A stretch of 45,496 nt of DNA, from contig QPMI01000296.1 of NCBI GenBank assembly GCA_004431415.1, forward strand, positions 1 through 45,496. Reading direction: 5' to 3'. The position numbers and the translations under genes were made by a program. The notes beneath the pieces are model-generated. The model worked only from the letters and a program-made list of their open reading frames with translations. It did no database searches and had not been told where the DNA came from. Position 1 is the stretch's first letter. The number at the start of each line of letters is the position of its first letter. The stretch comes from Cyanophora paradoxa CCMP329 (Eukaryota > Plantae > Glaucophyta). Shown here one piece after another: positions 1-12,900 of the stretch.

Positions 1-3000
1 CGCCGACGCGGAGCGCGCGGCGGGAGGCGACCCGGCGGGAGGCCCTGCAGCGCGAGGCGACCAGCCGCTCCCTCCGCGTCCTCGGCGCCTCGGCGCGCTC
101 CCTCTCCGCGCACCCCGCCGCCCTCCTCCTCGACCCCGCCTCCCTCAGCGACTCCGAGGCCGTCCTCGCCCCCGGCCGCTCCGAGGGCGGCCCCCGCGCC
201 CGCTCCGGCTCCGTCTCCGCCCGCGCCCGATCCGGCTCCGTCTCCGCCCGCGTCGCCCCCTCCCGCGCCCTGCCCCCCGTCGTCGGCCCCTCCGCCGCCC
301 CGCCCCTCGCCGATTACTGCCGCACCGTCCTCGGCCTCCCCTCCGGTCCGCCCCGCCCGCCCGCCTGCGCCGCGCCTCGGCCTCGCCGCGCCGGCGCCGA
401 CGCCGGCGGGGGCGGCAGGAGCCTGGCGGGGCGGCTGCGGGAGGCGGCGCCGCCGCTGGAGACGCCCGAGCAGCTCGCCCTCGCCTCCCTCTTCGTGCCC
501 TACACGGCGCGCCCCTGTCTCCTCGCCTGGCGGCCGGCGCTGACGTCGGCGGCGGCCGAGGCAGGTGCGGGCGCGGCTGGGGCAGATCGCGGGCCTCGGG
601 GGCGTCGAGCCCGCCCGCTACCTCGCCGAGTTCCGCCCCGTGCGTCCCGCCCGCTCCGCCCGCCACCCCCTCGCCGAGCGGAGGCGAGCGGGGCGCCGGC
701 GGGGCCAGGTCTCGGTGCTCTTTGGCTCCCTCGGGCTGCAGGCGGGCGCGGAGGGCGGGGAGGAGGGGGAGGGGGAAGGAGCGGGGCCGGCGGCGGTGCG
801 CCGCGCCGTGCGGACGGTGCAGGCGCTCCTCTACGCCCACGAGGGCTCCCTCCGCCAGATCGTCCTCGACGGTGAGCCCCCCCCCCCCCCTCCCCCGGTC
901 GCGCCGCCCCCCCGCCCCGCCCCGCCGGCGGCGAGGCCGCCGCAGACAAGGGTCTCGTCGTCATCGGCGTCTTCGGGCTCTACCCCGTCTCCCACGAGGG
1001 TGCGCGCGCCCCGCCGGCGAGCGCGAGCGCGGGTCCGGCTCAGGGCCCCGCCAGACGACGCGGGCGGTGCGCGGCGTGCGCGCTGGACGTGCGGGAGCGA
1101 TGGAGGCCGCCGGCGTCGGCTGCGCCCTCGGCTCGCCACGGGCCTCGCCTTCTGCGCCTTCGTCGGCGACCCCGCCACCGCTGGCGCGTCCGTCCCGCCC
1201 CGCCCGCCGCTCCGCCTCGAGCCGGCGCCGCAGCGAGTTCTCGGTCTTTGGGAACGCGGTGAACCGGGCGGCGCGGCTGATGGGCAAGGCCGGCCTCTCC
1301 GGCGCCGGCATCCTCGCCGACGGCGAGACGCGAGCCGCGGCGTGCGCCCTGTCCCGCGCCGCCCCGCGCGGGGGGCGGGGCCGAGGGGCGGGGGCGCAGG
1401 GGCGAGCAGGTGGAGATGGAGGCGGCGGGGGAGTACCACCTCAAGGGGATGCCCGGGCCCACGGCGGCGTACCGGCCGGTGCGGGTGCGGGGCGGGAGGG
1501 GAGCCGGGCGCCCTCGGCGGCGGGGGGCCGGCCCCCGGGCGCTCTTCGGCGGGAGGGGAGCTGGCGGTCCTTCGCTCCCTCCTCGAGGCCCGCGCGGGGC
1601 CCCGCACTCCCCCGCTCCCCCCGCACCCCCTCTCCCCTCCGCCCCGCCCGCCCGCCGGGCACGCCCCGGGGAGGCCCCGTGGTCGCCCAGGGCGCGGCGG
1701 GGGCCCCGGGCGGCCCGCTCGTGCTCGTGGCGGGGAGACGGCCTCGGCAAGTCGGCCCTCGCACGCGCCGCGGCGGCGATGGCGGCGGCCGCCGGGTGGC
1801 GCACGGCGGCGACGGCGGCGCTCGCGACGGAGCGGCAGCCGCTCGCCGCGTGGCGGCCCTCCTCGCCGCCCTCTTCCCCCAGGGCATCCTCGAGGCGCGC
1901 ACCGCCCTCCCGCGGGCGGGGCCCGGGCCCCGGGTGCGGGGCGCTGAGGGGGAGCCGGGGGCGGGCCGCAGGCGGGGCGCTGGTGGCGGAGGAGCCCGGC
2001 TGGACCCCGCCCTCGTCCGCGACCTCGAGGCCCTCCTCCCCGCCCCCGCACCCGCCCCGGGCCGGGGCCGGGGCCCGCCCCGCCCGCCCCGCCGGCCCCG
2101 CCCCCAGCCCGTCTCCAAGCGCCGCCCTCCTCCACTGGGTCCCCGCCACCTCCGACGACGAGGGCGCCGGCGGGGGCGACGCGCCACCGCCCTCCCGGGG
2201 CCCACCCCCGCAGCGTCGGCCGCGCCGAGCGGCGGGCGGAGGCGGGGCACCAGGCGGCGGCGGCGGTGCCGGCGGAGGCGCGGGCGGCGCAGCTGCGGGC
2301 GGCCGTCGTGCGGCTCGTCCTCGCCCGGGCCGCCGCCCCCGGCCCCTCCTCCTCGTCTTCGAGGGCGCGCCGCCCCGCCCCGCCCGCCCCGCCCCGCCGG
2401 CCGCGCAGCGCCTCACGAGGGCGCCGCCGCAGACGTGCACCTGGCGGACAGCCAGAGCCAGGCGGCGCTGCTGCGGCTCGCGGAGGAGGCGGCGGAGATC
2501 CCCGCGGCGCGACTCCTGCTGCTCGTCACCGGCCGCCCCGGGGCGGGGCGGGCCGGGGCGGAGGGCTGGAGGGGCTGGAGGGCTGGCCGGGGTGCGCGGG
2601 CGGCGCTGGCTCGAGCTGCTGCCCCTCGACCCCGAGACCGTCGCCCGCCTCGCCTGCGCCCGCCTCGGCGCCGCCTCCCTGCCCCCACAGGCCGCCGCCT
2701 TCATCGGTGCCCCGCCCCGCCCCCGCCGCCCGCCGCCCCGCGCGCGCCCGACGGGCGGCGCGTGCGCAGCGAGCGAGTCGGGCGGCGTGCCGTTCATCGC
2801 GGCGGACGTGGCGGAGCGGCTGCGCGTGGAGGGGACCCTGCGGGTCGACCCCGCGACGGGCGCCTGCACGGTGGCGCGGCCGCTGCGGAACCCGCGCGCC
2901 TCGGACGGCCTCCGCTCCGCGCTCCTCTGGCGCCTCGACCGGCTCGCCCCCTCCCAGCTCTTCGCCGCCAAGGCCCGCCCCGCCGCCCGCCCCGCCTGTG

Positions 3001-6000
3001 CCGCCGCCGCCCTGGGCGAGGCCGACGGGGCGCGCAGCTCGCGAGCATCGTCGGCGTGCGATTCACCGCCGACGAGGTCGCCCCGCGCCCGCCGCCCCGC
3101 CCGCCGGCCAGCCGCCGACGGGCGGCGCGGCAGGTGGCGGTGCTGCTGCTGCACCTGCAGGGCGGGAAGTCGGGGCGGGAGGTGGCGGGGCCGGGGCTGC
3201 GGGGGCGGCGGGGGCCTGGCGGGGACCTAGCGGCCCTCTGCGCGGCCGGCGTCCTGCGGGAGGCGGCCTACGAGGCGGCCGAGGGCGACGTGTACGAGTT
3301 CGCCCTCTCGCCCCTGCGCGAGGTCGTGCGGGCCTGCTGCCCGTCGCCGAGCGGCGGCGCCTGCACAGAGCCTTCGCCGAGTTCCTCGAGGCCCGCGAGC
3401 GCGAGCCGGGCGCCCCGCGCGCCGCGGCTCGGGCGACGGCGCCTCGGCCTCGCGCGCCTCCCTCGGCTCTTTGGACGTCGACGGGCGACGGCCGAGCTGC
3501 TCGCCCACCACTGGGCCGCCGCCGACGAGCCGGCCGCCGCGCTCCCGTACATGGTCCGCTGCGCGGCGGCCGCCCTCGACAGCTACGCCAATTCGGAGGC
3601 GGAGCGCGGGTACGGGGACCTGCTCGCCGGCTACGCGGGGCCCCGGCGGCGCAGCGGGCCGGCTGGCTGGCCGGCCTCGCCGAGGTCTGCATCCGCACGG
3701 GGCGCTACCCGGCCGCCGTGCGCCACTGCCGCGACGCCCTCGCCCTCCTCGGCCTCCGCCTCCCCTCGTGCGCCGCCACGCCGCCCCCGGCCCTCTCCCG
3801 CCCCGCCCCGCCCCTGACGCGGCCCCGCCGCAGGAGCCGCCTGGGGGTCTGGGCGGCGGTGATGTACGCGGCGGTGCGGACGCGGCTGCGGGGAGCGCCG
3901 ACGCTGGCGAGCGTGCCGCCGGAGCAGCTGGCGGCGGCGCGGGGCGGGGCGGGGAGCGGGCGGGGGAGGCGGCGGCGGGGAGCTCTACCTGAAGATGCGG
4001 CAGGCGGCGGCGCACAGCGGCGAGAGCGCCCTCTTCCTCCACGCCGGCTTCGCCCTCCACCGCCTCGCCACCGAGCGCCGCCCGGTGCCCGGCCCGCGCC
4101 CCGGCCCCCCCCCCCCCCCCCCTCCCCCGCGCGCCCCCGCAAGCCCGCGCCGACGCCGGCGGTGCGCGCGCAGGCCCCCACTTCCTCGCCATCGCCTCCG
4201 CCCTCGTCGTGCGCCCGCCCGCCCAGCCGCCGCCGCCGCCGCTGCCGCCTCGAGCGCCGCCGCAGGCGAGCAACATCGCGCTGCTCTTCCCGGGAGCCGC
4301 CCCTCGTCGCCGCCTTCGCCAAGTTCGCGTTCGTGCGCGGCGCCGCCGCGCCGCCGCGCCGGCTGCTGGCGACGGGGCGGCAGGAGCTGGGGCACGACGT
4401 GTGCGCGGGGCCGCACTTCGCGCTCGTGCTGCGCGGCGTCGCCTTCGCGCTGCTCGCCGCCGGCGAGTTCGACGAGTGCGCCCGCGTCTGCGACTTCTAC
4501 GCCGAGGCCGCCCTCCGCACGGCCCGCCCCGCCCGCCCCGCCCGCCCCGCCCGCCCCGCCCGCCCCGGCGCCGGCGCCGGCGCCGGCGGCTGAGGCGGGG
4601 GCTGCGGCGCGCAGCACGTGCGGCGGGACGTGATGGAGGCCCTCGCGTACCGCTTCCAGTGCCAGATGCGCACCGCGGGGCCACCGGCCCTCTTCGAGCG
4701 CCTCGCCGCCCGCACGCAGGCCCGCCCGCGCCCGCCCCACCCGCCCGCACCCCCGCGTGACGGGGCGGGCAGGCGGCGCTGGAGAAGTCGGCGCGGAACC
4801 GCGAGGTCTCCGACAACGCCCTCTCCATCCTCGCCACCGTCCGCCCCGCCCCCCCGCCCGCCGCAACCCCGCCCGGGGCGCCCCGGGGACCCTCCCAACC
4901 GCGGGGCGCAGGGCGTGCTGGTCTCCATCCGCTGCTTCCAGGACCGCGCCGCCGAGGCCCTCGAGGTGCGCCGGGGCGGGGGCAGGGGTAGGCGGGGGGC
5001 GCGACGGGGCGGGGCGGGGGCAGGTGGCGGAGGAGTTCGAGGAGGGGCACCTGCGGGGCGGCTTCACGGCGGTCGCCGCCCCCGCCCGCGCCTTCTTCTT
5101 CGCCGCCCACGCCCGCGCCCTCCTCGCCCTCGCCGGGCCCACGCCTCCGGCCCCGCAGCCGCCTCTCCGCCACCCAGGCCCGCCCCGCCCCGCCACCGCC
5201 CCCCGCCCCGTCGGCTGACCTCGGCCCGGCGGCAGGTGGCGCGCCAGGCGATCCATACGGCAGCCGGCGACCGCAACCGCATGACGGGCATCATCGGGGT
5301 GCGCGGGCGGTGCTGGCCGGCTGGTCGCCTCTGACGCGGGGGCCGGGCAGCCGGACCTGCTGTGCGAGGCCGCGACGGTCCTCTTCGTCGCCTGGCTCCT
5401 CTCCGACGCCCCCGCCGCCCGCGCCCACCGGCCGCCCCTTCGCCCCCTGTTCCTCCCCCCGGCGGCACCGCCCCGGCGGCGGGCCGGCGGCGGGGCCGGG
5501 GCCGGGCCGGGGTTCGGGGGCGGGGAGCTGGCGGCGCTGCTCGACGTCGGGGCGCGCAGCGGGGCGCGCTGGGCCTGGAACGAGGCCGTGCGCGCCCCGC
5601 CCCGCCGCCCGCCGCCCCCGCCCCGCCTGACCGGCCCCGCGCAGGCCGCCGGCGCCCTCGCCGTCGCCGAGGGCCTCGCGCTGAGCGCGCGCGGCGCCGT
5701 GCGCGCCGCCCGCGAGCGCTTCCTCGCGGCGGCGGCCCTCGGCGGGTGGACGGCCTTGGAGCCGGCGCCGGCGCCGCGCCGCGCGCGTGACTGCGCCCTG
5801 GGGCTCCTCTTCGCCGCCCTCCACACGGCCCCGGCGCCGGCCTCGCCGGGGCCGGCCCCGGCACGGGGGCGCGCGCTCGCCCGCGCTGCCGCCGTCGGCC
5901 TCGGCCTCGCGCCACTCGTCCGTCTGCTTGCCGCGCCCCCCCGAGCTCGCCCTCGGGCCCCCGCCAGGAGCCCCGGCCCGGTGCCGCCACCCCGCGGGGC

Positions 6001-6135
6001 CTGCGCGGGGCGGCCGCCGGGCGGGAGCTGCTGGGGGCGGGGCGGGGGGCGCTGCTGGCGGCGGCGGAGCGCTGCTTCGGGCTCTACGCCGACGCCCTCG
6101 GCGCCCGCATCGCCCGCGAGGCCGCCCGCCTCTGA
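1..6135 (+). CDS. Class III adenylate/guanylate cyclase fused to STAND/AAA ATPase and C-terminal helical (TPR-like) region, soluble-AC/ADCY10-like architecture; multi-exon, 5' end upstream of the window
   Basis: Spliced reading gives YLAEFRPVSVLF (~619-723), VQALLYAHEGSLRQIVLD|DKGLVVIGVFG, GLATGLAFCAFVGD, RSEFSVFGNAVNRAARLMGKA (~1233-1290), EYHLKGMPGP, Walker A-like GDGLGKSAL (~1735-1762), SGGVPF, LDRLAPSQLFAAK|LASIVGVRF, LLAHHWAAA, ALDSYANSEA, and ends REAARL-TGA at 6133-6135. Several apparent frameshifts lie in G/C runs. Confidence 0.85.
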
Positions 6136-6349
6136 AACTTCCCGCCCGCGAGGCCGCCCGCTAGCCAGGCGCCTCTTCCCGCCGGTTCACAGCTGCAGGC
6201 GCACCGAGTAACCCCTCGTTTCTCAATTCTTTCCATCCCGAGGTCTGCTGTATGTAATTCTTTTTTCAATGTGACATGCATGAGATTTATTATCAGCTAT
6301 CGAAATCTCGTTTTCTTTCTGACGTGCATATGTGAGATTTAGTATACGT

Positions 6350-6406
6350 ATCAGCTTACCGTAGTACGTAATCATAGGACTCGTAATCAGCTTACCGTAG
6401 TACGTA
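6350..6406. repeat. 21-bp direct repeat ATCAGCTTACCGTAGTACGTA x2 in an AT-rich intergenic/3' region
   Basis: Copies at 6350-6370 and 6386-6406. Confidence 0.8.
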
Positions 6407-6965
6407 TCGGAGTTTGCGCGTCACTCCGGCCGCCGGGCTGTACCTGCATCGATCGCGACAGAGATAGTCAATGCCCCTTCACGCGGTTTGGATTTTCTCG
6501 AATTGTGCAATGAAGTTTTTGCGCCGACATCCCCACCACCCAGTTCCAGGTTTGGTGCGAAGAGATGCGAAATGCATTTGCTGGGTGCATGCAGGATGTC
6601 GTGTGCATACCGTAGTTCTGGATGCTCATCGACCCCCCATCCAGATGCCGAAGGCGCGCGTGCAGAGGTATAGCTTGACCAAGCGCTTCAAGCTTAGGAT
6701 TACATTTAAATCGGTCAGATTTTCACAGAGTCAATTTGCATCGACATCTCAGAGAAAAACACCAGCTGCAGGATAAAGAGCCTGAACGGACACAGAATAA
6801 TCGATATCAAGGGTCATGATCAATAATTATGGCGATCATCGCCCTCGTGTCTCTAGGTCTATGCACTTGCAACCGAGCGCGCCGCGCGCGCAGAGGCGCG
6901 GGGCCCTCCGCCCCGACGGGGGAGCCGCCGCGGGGGGCCCTACCCCCGGCCCGGCGCGGGGCGGC

Positions 6966-9900
6966 CTACTCGAAGTCGAGGGCGTCGAGCTCGGCGGCGG
7001 GGGCGGGGGCCTCGGCGCCAAAGCCCTCGAACTCGTCGTCGTCCAAGGCGTCGTACTCGGCCTCCTCGCCGCTCGCGATGTCCCCGAAGAGCGGGTCCGC
7101 CACGCTCTGCGCCCCGCCCCCGCTCGGCCGGCGGCGGCGGGGGGCACTGCGGCAGCGGGGCGGGGCCGGGGCGGGGGCGGGGCGCACGCGGAACTCGAGG
7201 TAGGAGTCGTGGAGGCCCTGGACGGTGCCGGTGAGGGTCGTGACGACGGCCTCCGAGACGTAGCGCGGGCCCTCGCCCGCCTCGCCGGCGACGGCCTCCT
7301 CGTAGAGCTCCTTGAACTCGCTCACCAGCAGCTCCTTCTTCAGCTCCGACACCGCCTCGCCCGCCCCCGCCGCCTCCGCCGCCTCCTCCGCCTCCTCGCC
7401 CGCCGCCTCGGCCTCGTCCTCGGCCTCGGCGGTCGCCTCCTCGGCGGCGGCCGCCTCCTCCACCGCCGCGTCCACCTCCGCCTGCGCCTCCTCGATGCTC
7501 TCCACGATCTCCGCCGCCTCGGCGTCGCTGCCCGCCTCCTCCAGCTGCTCCGCCAACTCTTCCACCACGTCCGCCGCCTCGCTCGCCTCGGCCGCCGCGT
7601 CGGCAGCCGCCTTGGCGCCCTCGGCCGCCGTCTCGGACGCCTCCTGCGCCGCCTCGGCCGCCTCCTCGGCCTGCTCGAGCTGCTCGGCGGCCTCCTCGCG
7701 CTCCGCCGGCGTGTCCGCCTCCTCCGCCGCCTCCTCGAGCTGCTCGACCTCCTCCTGCGCGTCGGCGGCCGCCTCCAGCGCCTCCTCCGCCTGCGCCTGC
7801 GCCTCGGCGGCCGCCTCCCGCGCCTCGGCCGCGCCCTCCTGCGCCTCCTCGACGGCCGCGTCGGCCGCCGCCGCGGGGTCCTCCTCCGCCAGATCCGCCA
7901 GGATCTGCCCCCGCCGTCGGCCCCGCCCCCCCTCGAGAGCGGGCGCCCGACGGGCGGGGCCGGCGCACCTCGGAGTCGGCCTCGGCCGCCGCCTCCTGCG
8001 ACTCCTCTAGAACCGTCTCCACGCTCTCCTGCGCCCCCGAGCGCGTCGGCGGCCCCGCGCCGCCTTGGGGCGAGGCGGCGCGTGCGGCGGACCTCGGTGG
8101 CGGCGACGTCGGCCTGCTGCTCCTCGATGGCATCCACGATGTCGCCGACGGTCTCCTCCTGCGGCTCGCGCTCAGCTGCGCCCCGGCGCGGCGCGGAACT
8201 GCGCCGGCGCACGACGGCGGGGCTGCTGGTGTCGGCGGCGATGTCGGCGGCCTCCTCCTTCAGGTCCTCGAGGGTCTCGGTGTGCTCCTGCGCGCAGCCC
8301 CGTCGAACGCGGCAGGGAGCACGACGTCGACGTGGCGCGGGGAAAAGACCTCGAGCTTCTCCTCCGCCTGCTCCAGCTCCTCGGTCTTCTCCTCGAGCTG
8401 AACGAGAGCGCCACTCAGCCTCGGGGGCCGCGAGGGCCCAGGCCCGGTCGAACCTTCTCCTCGAGCGCCTCCTTCTCCTCGGTGGTGTCCGCGTTCTCGA
8501 GCTGCTCCGTCGTCTCCTGTGGTGTGTGCGTTACGCGCCGTGATGCGTTGCCATCGCCGCCGCGGCAGGGACGGCGGATGGTCAGGATCAGGGGCAAACC
8601 TGGATGTCCTGGGTGATGTCCTGGATGTCGGCCTGCGCCGTCGAATCGCCTCAGTGGCCGTCGGGCACCCCTCAATATGGCGAAGGACCACAGAAGCGCA
8701 CCTGCGTCTCGTTGATCGCCTCGGTCGTGTCGGCGACCTCCTCCTTCAGGTCCTCCACCTGCTCAGCCGGCTGCGCGGCGCCCGTCAGAGACGGCGGAGA
8801 TGCTGCGGAAACACCCCTTCGAAATCCGTGCACTACGCGTAATAGGAAGGCAGAATTTGAAAGAGCTATAACTGATGCGAGGGTTGCTCCCCGAGAGCGT
8901 ACGCGTGACGCCATGGCCATTAATCGAGAAACGCGGCGGAAACATATACAAGCGATTTGCAATGCTGACGGAACCCGGGAGCCTTTCCGCCGCGCCCTTA
9001 TCAGTTACCGCCGCTAACCGGCTTAAAGCAGCAACGGGCCATGGACGGCGAGCACGAGCGCGAGCGCACCGAGTCGTCGGAGGTGGCGACATCGACCGCG
9101 TCCGCAGCAGCCTCGGAAACGTCCTCTGCCTTCTCCTGCGCCCCCGAGCGCGTCGGCGGCCCCGCGCCGCCTTGGGGCGAGGCGGCGCGCGGCGGACCGC
9201 GGTGGCGGCGACGTCGGCCTGCTGCTCCTCGATGGCATCCACGATGTCGCCGACGGTCTCCTCCTGCGGCTCGCGCTCAGCTGCGCCCCGGCGCGGCGCG
9301 GAACTGCGCCGGCGCACGACGGCGGGGCTGCTGGTGTCGGCGGCGATGTCGGCGGCCTCCTCCTTCAGGTCCTCGAGGGTCTCGGTGTGCTCCTGCGCGC
9401 AGCCCCGTCGAACGCGGCAGGGAGCACGACGTCGACGTGGCGCGGGGAAAAGACCTCGAGCTTCTCCTCCGCCTGCTCCAGCTCCTCGGTCTTCTCCTCG
9501 AGCTGAACGGGAGCGCCACTCAGCCTCGGGGGCCGCGATCAGCGGGCCCAGGCCCGGTCGAACCTTCTCCTCGAGCGCCTCCTTCTCCTCGGTGGTGTCC
9601 GCGTTCTCGAGCTGCTCCGTCGTCTCCTGCGATGTGCTCGTTACGCGCCGCGATGCGTTGCCATCGCCGCCGCAGCAGGGACGGCGGATGGTCAGGCGCA
9701 AACCTGGATGTCCTGGGTGATGTCCTGGATGTCGGCCTGCGCCGTCGAATCGCCTCAGTGGCCGTCGGGCACCCCTCAATATGGCGAACGACCACAGAAG
9801 CGCACCTGCGTCTCGTTGATCGCCTCGGCCGTGTCGGCGACCTCCTCCTTCAGGTCCTCCACCTGCTCAGCCGGCTGCGCGGCGCCCGTCAGAGACGGCG

Positions 9901-12900
9901 CTGATGGCGGCTGCGGGTGTGTATCGATATCCAAGATAATCAACCGGAGAGATCCGTTGGCCGCGCGCGTCCTCGTCACGTGGTAGGTATTCGGTAATTA
10001 TATGCGGGGGAGCGCTGCAAAGCTATCCACATATGCATGCCTCGTCTTCGTAAAAATAAATTCTAGCACAGCGTAATGCAGGCAGAGAAACAGGGGCGAT
10101 TCCATCCGTTTCTCGTCGCCACCGGCGGGCGCAGGCACGAGCGCACCGAGTCGTCGGTGGTGGCGACGTCGACCGCGTCCGCAGCAGCCTCGGAAACGTC
10201 CTCCACCTTCTCCTGCGCCCCCGAGAGCGTCGGCGGCCCCGCGCCGCCTTGGGGCGAGGCGGCGCGCGGCGGACCTCGGTCGTGGAGATCTCGTCCAGAA
10301 GGTTTTCAATGTTCGCCGTCACGTTAACGTTGTCGACGACGTTCTCCTGCGCCACGCTATCAGCTGGGCATGCGCCGCGGCTCGCGGCCGTATGGCACGT
10401 TGCGGAGCGGCGCACGACGGCGGGGCTGCTGGTGTCGGCGGCGATATCGGCGGCCTCCTCCTTCAGGTCCTCGAGGGTCTCGGTGTGCTCCTGCGCGCAG
10501 CCCCGTCGAACGCGGCAGGGAGCACGACGTCGACGTGGCGCGGGGAAAAGACCTCGAGCTTCTCCTCCGCCTGCTCCAGCTCCTCGGTCTTCTCCTCGAG
10601 CTGAAAGGGAGCGCCACTCAGCCTCGGGGGCCGCGATCAGCGGGCCCAGGCCCGGTCGAACCTTCTCCTCGAGCGCCTCCTTCTCCTCGGTGGTGTCCGC
10701 GTTCTCGAGCTGCTCCGTCGTCTCCTGCGATGTGCTCGTTACGCGCCGTGACGCGTTGCCATCGCCGCCGCAGCACGGCGGATGGTCAGGCGCAAACCTG
10801 GATGTCCTGGGTGATGTCCTGGATGTCGGCCTGCGCCGTCGAATCGTCTCAGCGACCATCGGGCACCTCTCAATGTGGCAGAAATTAAATCCGCAGAAAT
10901 GCACCTGCGTCTCGTTGATCGCCTCGGTCGTGTCGGCGACCTCCTCCTTCAGGTCCTCCACCTGCTCAGCCGGCTGCGCGGCGTCCGTCAGAATGGCACT
11001 CTTCTTCGGAGCCGTTGCAAAAACATTATTTGTTGCAATTGCATATTCGAATTTCACGTGACTGTAAATCCAAGAAATAGGCAGAATACTGCTGTGGTTA
11101 TGGCGCCATAAAACGGGAATTTAAGATTAGGCAGAATAGTGCGGTGATCTAGATTCCATGGACGTGCACGTGCTCGGTGAAGCACAGGACCCAGCTTAAG
11201 CTTGCAATTGGAGCTAGCCTTGAATTTGTGTTGGGCTTGGTCCGCTATCCACAGCGACCCGAGGACGACGGCGGGCCGAGCGCACCGACTCGTTGGTGGC
11301 GTCGACGGCGTCACCCGAGGACAGCAGCTCCACGGTCTCCACGGCGAGCACGAGCGCGAGCGCACCGAGTCGTCGGAGGTGGCGACATCGACCGCGTCCG
11401 CAGCAGCCTCGGAAACGTCCTCTGCCTTCTTCTGCGCCCCCGAGCGCGTCGGCGGCCCCGCGCTGCCTCGCGCGCGCGTCGGCGTCGCGGAGCGCGCGGC
11501 GGACCGCGGTGGCGGCGACGTCGGCCAGCTGCTCCTCGATGGCGTCGGTCACATTCTCGACGATCGCATCCTGCCGCGACTCAGTTGTGTTCGGCGCGGC
11601 GCGGCACGGCGTGTCGACGTCGCACGATGGCGGAGTTGCTCGTCTCCGTGGCGAGGTCAGCCGCCTCGATGTTGAGCTCCTGGAAGAGACATTACATCAA
11701 TCTGAAGAAGCGAGCGGCGAGGGATTGGTGCGATGTCACCTGGAGGGTGTCAGCATGCTCCTGCGGACAGCTCCGTCAAAGGCGGTATATATGAAACACA
11801 ATAACACGAAGAAAGGACCTGCAGCTCCTCCTGCTTCTCCTCCAGCTCCTCAGTCTTCTCCTCGAGCTACATAACCGAATTAAATGTCTCTCAGCGATCA
11901 GCTGAGGCGGGCCCCGGTCCCCGAACCTTCTCCTCGAGCGCCTCCTTCTCCTCGGTGCTGTCAGCGTTCTCGAGCTGCTCCGTGGTCTCCTCGATCTCCT
12001 TGGAGATTTCCTTGATGTCGACCTGCTCCAGTGTAATTATAACATCTAATGATCAGAGACCGCCCCCCAAGCACCCGAAAGAAAGCAGAATTTAATAAAA
12101 GAACACGAACTTGGGTCTCGTTGATGTCCGCGACGGCCTCGCTTAGATCTCCCTCCAGATCCGCAGCCTTCTCTGTCGGCTGCGATCAGGACGCCCGTCA
12201 GAATTGAGGAATTCAGAATCTAATCAGATATTGAATAGAGAGCTCGAGGAAAGGCAGGATTGTTACTTCAAGTTCAAGAAGGCAGGATATATATTACATT
12301 AAGAGCGAAACGTAGATATGCATACAGAACTGCTTTATAGCGGAAGTTGGTATAGTGTGATAAACAAACTATGCATATATATTAGACACATATAACTATA
12401 CATAAAAATCAGTGTATCGATCTGATGCATAAATATGCATATGCATGGCTCAGGCGCACCGAGTCGTTGGTGATCTCCTGCGACGCGTCGATGGCGTCGA
12501 CGGCGGTTTCAATGGCGTCCTCGGCCTTGCCCTGAGTTCGGGAAAGCGGGTCGGCGGATGCAAGCTCGAGATCCAGCGCTGGCCGTCCCGGGCTGCGGGG
12601 GCGCGGCGCGCTTCTGCTGATGCGCACCTGGGCTTCCTTCACGTCGTCCTGGGCAGCCTCGATTTTCTCGACGAGCTCATCAGCCTTCTCATCCTGCGCC
12701 GCGAGCACTTAGCGGCGCGCAGGGCGTTCGGTGGTCCCCCGGGGCCCGGGCCCCGCGCGCGCGGCTCGGCGCATGCGCACGACGGTGGCGTCGCTGCTCT
12801 CCACGGCGTACGCGGTGGTTTCCTCCTTCAAGTCCTCGAGCTTCTCATCCTCCTTCTCGAGCTTTTCCTGCGCCCCCGTGCGTCAAATACAAATATCGTG

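Noticed and set aside
1500-3480. Apparent frameshifts in the cyclase-ATPase gene suggesting a pseudogene
   Set aside because: They fall in G/C homopolymer-rich stretches where sequencing error or unrecognised micro-introns are likely; motifs are otherwise intact. Cannot be decided without reads.
145-6211. Very long overlapping Arg/Pro/Gly/Ala-rich ORFs on both strands (also 14253-16990, 20011-24588, 40390-43561)
   Set aside because: They result from stop-codon scarcity at very high GC. Real coding segments switch frames at introns, and the antisense ORFs have no motifs.
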